64,000 nt of DNA from NCBI RefSeq assembly GCF_018063565.1, contig NZ_JAGPBB010000008.1, positions 5,282 through 69,281 on the forward strand, written 5' to 3'. Positions 9,485 to 18,300 of the stretch are shown here, piece after piece. The first letter of the stretch is position 1. Each line of letters begins with the position of its first letter. The stretch comes from Rhodoferax sp. Its GTDB lineage: Bacteria > Pseudomonadota > Gammaproteobacteria > Burkholderiales > Burkholderiaceae_C. The notes under the pieces were generated by a model, which was not told where the DNA came from, ran no database searches, and saw only the letters and a program-made list of their open reading frames with translations. Position numbers and translations under genes: made by a program.

Positions 9485-10900
9485 ATGGCCAAGACCGTCG
9501 CAGACGTCATGAAGATGGTGAAAGATAACGAAGTCAAGTTTGTTGACTTCCGTTTCACCGATACCCGAGGCAAAGAACAGCACGTGACCGTGCCGATTTC
9601 GCACTTTGATGAAGACAAATTCAGCGGCGGTCACGCGTTTGACGGCTCGTCAGTGGCGGGCTGGAAAGGCATTGAAGCCTCGGACATGCAGTTGATGCCC
9701 GATCCCAACACCGCCAACATCGATCCGTTCTTTGAAGAAACCACCATGTTTTTGCAGTGCGACGTAGTTGAGCCCAGCGATGGCAAGGCGTACGACCGCG
9801 ACCCGCGCTCGATCGCCCACCGCGCCGAGGCCTACCTGAAAGCCTCAGGCATTGGTGATACGGCTTATTTTGGTCCTGAACCCGAGTTCTTCATTTTTGA
9901 CAACGTTTACTGGAGAAACGAGCCAGGCAACGTGAGCTTCTCGATTGAAGAGTACGAAGCTCCCTGGAACAGTGGTGCCAAGCTCGAAGGCGGCAACCGC
10001 GGTCATCGTCCTACCGTCAAGGGTGGTTACTTTCCGGTGCCACCGGTGGACAGCACGCAAGACATGCGCGCCGAAATGGTGCTGATTCTGGAGTCGCTGG
10101 GGATTCCGGTCGAAGTGTTCCACCACGAAGTGGCTGGTGCGGGCCAGAATGAGATTGGCACCCGCTTCAGTACCCTGGTTGAGCGCGCCGACTGGACGCA
10201 GGTGCTGAAGTATGTGGTCTGGAACGTGGCCAACAGCTACGGCAAGACCGCCACCTTCATGCCCAAGCCCTACGCGGGCGACAACGGTTCGGGCATGCAC
10301 GTGCACCAGTCGGTCTGGAAAGACGGCAAAAACCTGTTTGCCGGTGACGGTTATGCCGGTTTGAGCGACTTTGCCCTGCACTACATCGGCGGCATCATCA
10401 AGCACGCCCGTGCGCTCAACGCCATCACCAACCCCGGCACCAACAGCTACAAGCGCCTGGTGCCCGGTTTTGAAGCGCCGGTGAAGCTGGCCTACAGCTC
10501 GCGCAACCGCTCGGCCTCGATCCGTATCCCGCACGTCGCTAACCCCAAGGGTCGCCGCATCGAGGCACGTTTCCCAGATCCGTCGGCCAACCCCTACCTG
10601 TGCTTCTCGGCACTGCTGATGGCGGGTCTTGACGGCGTTGAGAACAAGATCCATCCGGGCGAAGCCGCCACCAAGGACCTGTACCATCTGCCGCCTGAAG
10701 AGGACAAACTGGTGCCGACCGTGTGTCACAGCCTGGACCAGGCGCTGGACTATCTCGACAAGGACCGTGCCTTCCTGACCAAGGGTGGTGTGTTCACCGA
10801 CACCATGCTCGATGCCTACATCGAGCTCAAGATGTCTGAGGTGACCCGGTTCCGCATGGCTCCGCATCCGGTTGAGTACGACATGTATTACTCGCTGTAA
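9485..10900 (+). CDS. glnA: Glutamine synthetase type I
   Basis: [26 protein letters not shown].., [22 protein letters not shown], and the adenylylation-site context [10 protein letters not shown]. Confidence 0.97.
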   Translation: MAKTVADVMKMVKDNEVKFVDFRFTDTRGKEQHVTVPISHFDEDKFSGGHAFDGSSVAGWKGIEASDMQLMPDPNTANIDPFFEETTMFLQCDVVEPSDGKAYDRDPRSIAHRAEAYLKASGIGDTAYFGPEPEFFIFDNVYWRNEPGNVSFSIEEYEAPWNSGAKLEGGNRGHRPTVKGGYFPVPPVDSTQDMRAEMVLILESLGIPVEVFHHEVAGAGQNEIGTRFSTLVERADWTQVLKYVVWNVANSYGKTATFMPKPYAGDNGSGMHVHQSVWKDGKNLFAGDGYAGLSDFALHYIGGIIKHARALNAITNPGTNSYKRLVPGFEAPVKLAYSSRNRSASIRIPHVANPKGRRIEARFPDPSANPYLCFSALLMAGLDGVENKIHPGEAATKDLYHLPPEEDKLVPTVCHSLDQALDYLDKDRAFLTKGGVFTDTMLDAYIELKMSEVTRFRMAPHPVEYDMYYSL

Positions 10901-10953
10901 GCGCCAAAGTTGAATGCCGGAATGGCCGTTTCAGGCCACCGGTGTTCCCGATC

Positions 10954-10979
10954 AGGACGGTCATGACCGTCCTTTTTTT
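10954..10979 (+). terminator. Rho-independent terminator after glnA
   Basis: AGGACGGTCATGACCGTCCT hairpin followed by TTTTTT. Confidence 0.8.
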
Positions 10980-11076
10980 ATTGTGGGAAACTCGGACCGC
11001 GCCAGCATGTCGAAGTCACAACAGCCAGACCTGGTTCGAACGTGATGCATGTGGCGCAGATCAGTATGGAGCTCTC

Positions 11077-11589
11077 ATGAAGCGAATGTTCAGTCTGGGG
11101 TTGTTGGCCTGCACGTGGGTGACGGTGGTGACCGCACAAGAGGCGATTTACCGTTGTGGCAATGAGTACACCAATAACAAGGCCCAGGCGCTGGCGCGTG
11201 GCTGCAAGTTGATAGAAGGTGGCAATGTCACCGTGGTGCAAGGGCCACGCAGCACCGTTGCACCAGCCAAACCCGGCTCCGGCGCTGGCACCCAGGCTGC
11301 CAGTGGCGCGCGCGCGCCATCAGCAGAGCAAAAAGCCCGTGATTCAGATGCGCGGCAGATTCTGCAGTCTGAACTGAAGAAGGCGCAGACGCGCCAGGAC
11401 GAGCTGCAAAAAGAGTACAACAGCGGGCAGCCGGACAAGCGCGGTGACGAGGCACGCAACTACCAGAAATACCTGGATCGTGTCGCCGAGCTCAAGGCAA
11501 GCCTGGCGCGCAACGAGAGTGACATGGCCGGCATCCGGCGTGAGCTGGAGCGCTTGCCCGACCCCAGTGGCGCAACGGTGCAACGCTGA
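11077..11589 (+). CDS. DUF4124-like secreted protein with a coiled-coil tail
   Basis: Signal peptide MKRMFSLGLLACTWVTVVTAQ, then the IYRCGNEYTN motif typical of DUF4124, a low-complexity region and a charged helical C-terminus. The track ORF start at 10942 lies inside the terminator and was rejected. Confidence 0.55.
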   Translation: MKRMFSLGLLACTWVTVVTAQEAIYRCGNEYTNNKAQALARGCKLIEGGNVTVVQGPRSTVAPAKPGSGAGTQAASGARAPSAEQKARDSDARQILQSELKKAQTRQDELQKEYNSGQPDKRGDEARNYQKYLDRVAELKASLARNESDMAGIRRELERLPDPSGATVQR

Positions 11590-11604
11590 ACCGGGACCCG
11601 GGCC

Positions 11605-12699
11605 GTGAAAGAAGCTCCGTCAAATCCGCCGGTCGCACCACCGCACGCGGCGGTGGATGGCTACAAATCACTTGACATGCTGGCGACCTCGGTAGCGGTG
11701 GTGCGCAAAGATGGTACCGTGCTGTTTGTCAATGCCGCACTTGAAGACACCCGTGGCATCTCGCGGCGGGTGATGGTGGGTTCGCACTTTCCGGACAGTT
11801 TTTTGCAGCCGGCGCATTTGTGCACCGCGCTGGCCGGTGCCGGTGACCGGCAGTTTGCGGCGTTGCGATACGACGCTTGGTTGCTGCGGATGGGCCGTGA
11901 TCCGCTGCCGGTGTATGTGATCGTCACCCCCACCGAAGGCCCGGAACTGGTGGTGGAGCTGCAGCCGCTGGAGCAGCAAACCCGCAAAGACCGCGAAGAG
12001 CGACTGGCGGAATTGGCCCAGGCCAACAAGGAACTGATCCGTAACCTGGCACATGAGATCAAGAACCCGCTTGGTGGCATCCGGGGTGCGGCACAACTGC
12101 TAGAAATGGAAATGGATTCGGCCGAGCTGACCGAGTACACCCAGGTCATCATCCGTGAGGCCGATCGCCTGCAGTCACTGGTAGACCGCCTGCTGGCACC
12201 TCACCGGCGTCCCCATGTGGTGGGTGACGTCAATATTCATGAGGTATGTGAACGGGTGCGCTCGCTGATCCTGGCTGAATTTCCCAAGGGGCTGTGCGTG
12301 GTGCAGGACTATGACACGTCGATTCCGGAGTTTCGTGGCGATGGTGAACAGCTCAACCAGGCCGTGCTCAATGTAGCGCACAACGCGTGTCAGGCACTGG
12401 CCGAGCGCATCGCGCAGGGCGACGCCTGCATCACATTTCGCACCCGCGTGGCGCGCCAGACCACTTTTGGCCGGCAGCGCTACCGGTTGGCACTGGAATT
12501 GCATGTGATTGACAACGGGCCTGGTGTACCAGACTCGATCAAGGACCGGATCTTCTTTCCGCTGGTGTCCGGGCGTGAAGGGGGGTCGGGGCTGGGGCTG
12601 ACACTGGCGCAAACTTTTGTCGGACAGCACCATGGCCTGATCGAGTGTGACAGCGAGCCCGGCCACACGGATTTCAAGATATTAATTCCTCTACCCTGA
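11605..12699 (+). CDS. ntrB: Nitrogen regulation sensor histidine kinase NtrB
   Basis: PAS domain followed by the H-box LAHEIKNPLGGIRGAAQLL and N/G boxes (DNGPGVP..GGSGLGL). It sits between glnA and ntrC. Confidence 0.9.
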   Translation: MKEAPSNPPVAPPHAAVDGYKSLDMLATSVAVVRKDGTVLFVNAALEDTRGISRRVMVGSHFPDSFLQPAHLCTALAGAGDRQFAALRYDAWLLRMGRDPLPVYVIVTPTEGPELVVELQPLEQQTRKDREERLAELAQANKELIRNLAHEIKNPLGGIRGAAQLLEMEMDSAELTEYTQVIIREADRLQSLVDRLLAPHRRPHVVGDVNIHEVCERVRSLILAEFPKGLCVVQDYDTSIPEFRGDGEQLNQAVLNVAHNACQALAERIAQGDACITFRTRVARQTTFGRQRYRLALELHVIDNGPGVPDSIKDRIFFPLVSGREGGSGLGLTLAQTFVGQHHGLIECDSEPGHTDFKILIPLP

Positions 12700-12772
12700 A
12701 CGGGAGACCTGTGCGCACTGCTGGGTGGGCAGTGCTCGTTGGTCCGGGTATAACCATAGGTGAAACGACTGT

Positions 12773-14278
12773 ATGAAGCCCATTTGGATCGTTGACGATG
12801 ACCAGTCCATACGCTTCGTTCTTGAAAAAGCTCTGCTGCGCGACAATCTTCCCACCCGCAGCTTCACCAATGCCCGCGACGTGCTGGCCGCGCTGTCGCA
12901 GGATGACGACGCGGGGCCGCAAGTGCTTGTTAGCGATATCCGTATGCCCGGTGGCAGCGGGCTGGACCTGCTTGACAAGGTCAAGGCGCGCTTCCCCGGA
13001 CTGCCGGTGATCATCATGACGGCGTTCTCTGATCTGGATAGCGCGGTGTCGGCGTTTCAGGGCGGAGCCTTCGAGTACCTGCCCAAGCCGTTCGACATTC
13101 CCAAGGCGGTGGAACTGATCCGCCGTGCGGTCGAAGAAAGCCAGCGTGAAGAAGTGAGTGAGGAGCGCGCCACCGAAACCCCCGAGATGCTGGGCCAGGC
13201 ACCCGCCATGCAGGACGTGTTTCGGGCCATCGGGCGGCTGAGTCAGAGCAACGTCACGGTCATGATCACCGGAGAGTCCGGCTCTGGCAAAGAGCTGGTG
13301 GCGCGTGCTTTGCACAAACACTCGCCGCGCGCCAACGGGCCGTTCATCGCCATCAACACCGCGGCGATTCCGAAGGACCTGCTGGAATCAGAGTTGTTTG
13401 GCCATGAGCGCGGCGCATTCACGGGGGCGCAGACCATGCGCCGGGGTCGCTTTGAACAGGCCGACGGTGGCACCCTGTTTCTCGACGAAATTGGGGATAT
13501 GCCCGCCGAGTTGCAGACCCGATTGCTGCGTGTCTTGTCGGATGGCCATTTCTACCGTGTTGGCGGCCATGGCGCGGTCAAGACTAACGTGCGGGTCATT
13601 GCCGCCACCCACCAGAATCTGGAGCAGCGTGTCAAAGAGGGTGTGTTTCGCGAAGACCTGTTTCATCGGCTGAATGTCATTCGCCTGCGTTTGCCGGCCT
13701 TGCGCGAACGTCGTGAAGACATCCCCATGCTGACCCGCCATTTTCTGCAGCAAAGTGCGCGGCAACTGGGCGTGGAGCCCAAACGTATTTCCGAGGCGGC
13801 CCTGGCCTGGCTGGGTAACTTTGCCTTTCCGGGCAATGTGCGACAGCTGGAGAACGTCTGCCACTGGCTCACCGTCATGGCGCCAGCGCAGATGATCGAG
13901 CCCAAAGACCTGCCGCCCGAGGTGGGGGTGGCCGATGGGGTCAACGCTGGCGAACCTGGCAGTGGGATCACCGTCGTCACCAGCGCCGATACCACGCTCA
14001 GTCTGCCATTGAGCAACCCGTTGCCGGCGAGCCTGCCGGTGCGGATGCTGGCGGATGCGGCGCAACACAGCTGGGAACATGGCCTTGAACTCGATGCCAG
14101 CGTGCTGCTCAAGACCGATCGTACCGACGTCTGGGACGAGTTGACGCGCAGGTTCGAGTCTCGGCTGATCAGTGCTGCCCTGGCTGCCACACGTGGTCGA
14201 CGCATCGAGGCGGCGCAAAAACTCGGCATTGGCCGCAACACCATCACGCGCAAGATTCAAGAACTGGGTTTAGAGTAA
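12773..14278 (+). CDS. ntrC: Sigma-54-dependent response regulator NtrC
   Basis: REC domain (IWIVDDDQSIR), AAA+ domain (GESGSGKELVARALH, ESELFGHERGAFTGA) and a C-terminal HTH (AAQKLGIGRNTITRKI). Confidence 0.95.
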   Translation: MKPIWIVDDDQSIRFVLEKALLRDNLPTRSFTNARDVLAALSQDDDAGPQVLVSDIRMPGGSGLDLLDKVKARFPGLPVIIMTAFSDLDSAVSAFQGGAFEYLPKPFDIPKAVELIRRAVEESQREEVSEERATETPEMLGQAPAMQDVFRAIGRLSQSNVTVMITGESGSGKELVARALHKHSPRANGPFIAINTAAIPKDLLESELFGHERGAFTGAQTMRRGRFEQADGGTLFLDEIGDMPAELQTRLLRVLSDGHFYRVGGHGAVKTNVRVIAATHQNLEQRVKEGVFREDLFHRLNVIRLRLPALRERREDIPMLTRHFLQQSARQLGVEPKRISEAALAWLGNFAFPGNVRQLENVCHWLTVMAPAQMIEPKDLPPEVGVADGVNAGEPGSGITVVTSADTTLSLPLSNPLPASLPVRMLADAAQHSWEHGLELDASVLLKTDRTDVWDELTRRFESRLISAALAATRGRRIEAAQKLGIGRNTITRKIQELGLE

Positions 14279-14280
14279 AA

Positions 14281-14335
14281 AATGCCTTCAGCGCATAGCC
14301 AGCATAGATTGTTTGCTATCCAATATTTATCTAAA
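14281..14335 (+). repeat. AT-rich intergenic element, copy 1 (AGCGCAT-N18-GCTATC core)
   Basis: Core AGCGCATAGCCAGCATAGATTGTTTGCTATC (14290-14320) aligns without gaps to the cores at 21209-21239 and 38277-38307. Confidence 0.5.
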
Positions 14336-14374
14336 CAGTGCCCTATGGGTCACCGCATTGAAGCCGAGCGAGGA

Positions 14375-15379
14375 TCAGGACAAAGCGGTTTGCTCTTGTT
14401 CCTTTAAATCCCAAACCGCCTTGATCGCCAGAATGCGCGGCAGGATCGACTCAAACACCTGCACCAGGCGTGGCTCAAAATGGCTGCCAGCGCTTTCGCG
14501 CAGGGTGGCCATGACTTTCTCGACCGGCCATGACGGCTTGTAAGGCCGTTTCATGACGAGTGCATCAAACACATCGGCCAGCGCCACAATGCGTGCCGAC
14601 AGCGCAATTGCCTCACCCGCCAAATGGTCCGGGTAACCCGTGCCGTCCCAGCGTTCATGGTGACGCAGCGCAATTTCAGCGGCCAGCAAAAACAGCGGAG
14701 CGTCACTTTTGGACAGGATGTCGTGGCCAATCCGGGGGTGCTTTTTCATTTCGACCCATTCAGCGGCATCGAGTTTGCCCGGTTTTTGCAAGATGACGTT
14801 GGAGATGCCAATCTTGCCGGTGTCATGCATGGGGGCAGCCAGCTCGATCTGTTTGCACAGTTCAGGCGACAGGCCACAGGCCTGCGCCAGTGCGCCGGCG
14901 TAAGCGGCCATGCGCCAAATGTGGACACCGGTGTCGTTGTCGTTGTAATGGCCGGCCTCACCGAGCATGTGGATGGCATCGTAATGGCTTCGTTCCAGAT
15001 GGCTGGCACGCACCAGCGATAAATGGGTGCGCACCCGCGCCAGCACAATCGGTGGTGACACCGGCTTGACGATGTAGTCCACCGCACCCACCTCGAAGCC
15101 AGTGGCCTCATCACCGACCGCCGACAGACCGCTGACAAAAATCACCGGGATGTTTTCCGTCGCCTGGCTGGCTTTGAGCGCCCGGCACACGGCATAACCA
15201 CTCATGTCGGGCATTTCGATGTCGAGCAGGACCAGTGAGGGGCGGTGTTTTTGCACGGCCGCCAGCGCCTCAGCGCCGTTGCGTGCAAACACCAGCAGGT
15301 GATGTGGCGAAAGAATCTGCTCCAGCGCAGCCAGGTTTTGTGGCTCATCGTCCACGATCAGGATCGGGCCTACGTGCAT
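14375..15379 (-). CDS. RpfG-like response regulator with an HD-GYP c-di-GMP phosphodiesterase domain
   Basis: REC domain (ILIVDDEPQNL..LLDIEMPDMSG..KP) plus HD-GYP (APMHDTGKIG .. HHERWDGTGYP). Its start lies 2 nt after the kinase stop. Confidence 0.9.
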   Translation of the reverse strand: MHVGPILIVDDEPQNLAALEQILSPHHLLVFARNGAEALAAVQKHRPSLVLLDIEMPDMSGYAVCRALKASQATENIPVIFVSGLSAVGDEATGFEVGAVDYIVKPVSPPIVLARVRTHLSLVRASHLERSHYDAIHMLGEAGHYNDNDTGVHIWRMAAYAGALAQACGLSPELCKQIELAAPMHDTGKIGISNVILQKPGKLDAAEWVEMKKHPRIGHDILSKSDAPLFLLAAEIALRHHERWDGTGYPDHLAGEAIALSARIVALADVFDALVMKRPYKPSWPVEKVMATLRESAGSHFEPRLVQVFESILPRILAIKAVWDLKEQEQTALS

Positions 15380-15381
15380 GT

Positions 15382-18300
15382 TCAGTCTCCCAGATTTAGA
15401 CCCAGCTCATGCGCCAACGCGTGGGTGGCGCTCTCACCGCCACGGAAATCAAAGTCTTCAATGGCCGTGTGCAGGGCCTGAAGCCGTGCCATTGGCAGCG
15501 CCCGGCCCAACTCGGCCAGAACGGGCCGGATGGCGCTGGGGCGGTCGGTGTCAAACGCCTGCAACAGGCGGGTCAACAAGGCCTTGAGTTGTGCCAGGTC
15601 GAGATTGACCGTTTCGGTCAATTCGGTGGGGTCCTCGTCCTGTGCGTACTTCGCCGCTGATGCCAGGGCTGTGTCAAGTGCGCGCTGCAAGGCATCCAGC
15701 CCAGGTGTCGGGTCGGTGCCGGCTTGCAAATGACGATACAGCTGCTCGGCCAGATGGGGCACCTCACTGAGTGCCATGTAGGCGGCTGCCCCCTTGAACT
15801 TGTGGGCCAGCGCGGCCGCGTCCTTGGGGTCCAGCGCGCGCAGGGTGGGCACCACATCGCCATACATGCGCACAAACTTGCGCAGGTACTGGCGGTACTT
15901 GGCCGGGTCTTGCCACAGCGCCAGTCCGGCGCTGATGGCCAGTCCTGGCAGGTCGGGTGTCATGCTGGTGTCTTTTGCCATGGCATTTGACGTGGGCTGC
16001 AGGTCGGACCGCTGGGCCACCGGTTGCGGCCCGGGCGCGGTCCAGCCGGTCAGCTGGATGATCACCGCAATGGCGGCATCGACATCAAACGGCTTGGTGA
16101 TGACGCTGTTCATACCGGCATGGCTGGCCAGCTCCTGCTGCTCCATGAACACCCCTGCGGTCAAAGCCACCACTGGCAGACGCGCCAGCGCCGGGTTGCG
16201 CCGGATCTGGCGCGTGGCGTCGTAGCCATTGAGAATGGGCATTTGCACGTCCATCAATACCAGCTCGACCTCGCCGGGGTGAGCCGTCAGCCAATCCAGC
16301 GCCTGTTTGCCGTCTTCGGCGAGCGACACTTTGGCCCCTTCTCCACTCAAGATGCGCTGTGCCACTTCGCGGTTGATGTCGCTGTCGTCCACCACCAGAA
16401 TACGCATCCCGCGCAAGCGTTCGACCGGCCGGGCCGGGGCCTGTGTTTCACCGCCCTGACGCACCCGCAAGGCGCGCGACACCGCGTCGTACAGGCTGGA
16501 GCCGGTCACCGGTTTGCTGAGCACCGCGTCGGCCAGATGCCGATCCGGGTGGTTGAGCTGCTCGCGGCTGGCGTATGCGGTGACCATGATGATGATCGGA
16601 TCGTTGGCGTTCTTGAGCTCGTGACGAATCCGTTTGGCAGTGGCCAGTCCGTCCATGCCCGGCATCTTGTGATCGAGCAGCAGCACCTCGGTCTGCCAGA
16701 CCTGTTGCGCCCTGGCCTGCACATGTTCAATGGCGGCTTCGCCCGAACTGACTGCCGTGGCTTGCCAGCCCAACCCCTGCACCATGCCGCGCAGGGCCTC
16801 ACGGGCAATCGGGTTGTCATCGGCAATCAGCACGCTGAGCCCGGCCATCTCGGGCGCTGCCAGCCAGGTATCCTGACCGTGTTCAAACCGCAGCTCAAAC
16901 CAGAAATCGCTGCCGCTGCCGGGCACGCTGGTGACCTGCAGTTCACCCCCCATGCAGCGCACCAGCCGCCGACTGATGGCCAAACCCAGCCCGGTGCCGG
17001 CAAACCGTCGGCTGACCGAACTGTCCACCTGGGAGAAAAGCTCAAAGATCTCTTGTTGCTTGTCCAAGGCAATACCGATGCCTGAGTCGCGCACCGAAAA
17101 ACGCAGGGTCAGGTGTTCGGGCTCCTGTTTCACCACACTGACGGCCAGCTCGACATGACCACGCTCGGTGAACTTGATGGCGTTGCCCGCCAGGTTGATC
17201 AGCACCTGCTCCAGCCGCAAGGCATCACCGCGCAATTGACTGGTCTTGCCCGGTGGCGGGGCAATGATGAGCTCCAGGTCTTTTTCGCCGGCGCTGCTGG
17301 ACATGATGGTGGAGAGGTTGTCCAGCACGTCACCCAGGCGAAAGGGCCGGTTTTCCACTTGCAGTTTGCCGGACTCGATTTTCGAGAAATCGAGAATGTC
17401 ATTGATGATGCCCAGCAGCGATCGCCCGGCAACGCGGATCTTGTGGGCCAGGTCGCTGGCATCCCCGGGCAGCTGGTGCTGCTCAAGCAGGTACGCCAGC
17501 CCGAGGATGGCGTTCAGGGGCGTGCGGATTTCGTGGCTCATGTTGGCAATAAAGGCACCTTTGGCCTCGCCAGCGGCTTCGGCCCGATGTCGGGCCTCGT
17601 GCAAGCTCTGTTCAGCCAGTTTGTGGGCACTGATATCGGTGTAGGTGAGCAAGGTCCAGCCACGGGAGATCGGCAGACCCCGCACCTCCAGATAGTGGCC
17701 GTTGGCTTGTTGCCGCTCAAACTGGATGCTCTGACGCTCGTCCATGAATTTCACGAAACCTGCCAGCACCTCATCGAATGCGCGTCCGGGGTAGTCACCG
17801 CGGTCGTGGTTGAAGCGTACCGAGTCGGCAAAACAAAACGGCTCCTTGGCCATCAGCTCGGGCGGATAGTCCAGCAGAGTGCCGTACAAGGTGTTGCGCA
17901 ATACGGCGCGGCGGTGTTCGTCATACACCACCAGACCAAAAGGCAGGGACGCCACGACTTCGTTGAGCAGGCGGTTGAGGTCGTGGATCTGCAGCTCGCG
18001 CGCCTTGCGCTCGCTGTTGTCCACCATCATGCTGTTGGTTTCTTTGGGCTGGCCCTGCTCGTCTCGGATCAGGTCGCCACTGATCAGAAATGGTTTGACC
18101 TGACCGTCCTTGGTGATGAAGTCAAATTCCAGATCGCGCACACGGCCGCTGGTCAGGAACGCGTTGAACTCACGGTGAAACGCGACCACGCTGTCGGGGG
18201 TCATGAATTCAAACAGGTGGCGACCAAGGAACTCCTCACGGGTGTAACCCAGCAGGTCAAGCTCGGTCTGGTTGACACGCAACACCTTGCCATCCGGCCC

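Noticed and set aside
9845-10867. 340-aa minus-strand ORF inside glnA
   Set aside because: It is antisense to an unambiguous glutamine synthetase gene, a typical high-GC shadow frame.
11033-11040. GGTTCGAA, resembling a tRNA T-arm
   Set aside because: No acceptor, D or anticodon stems can be folded from the flanking sequence. It lies in the short leader of the DUF4124 gene.
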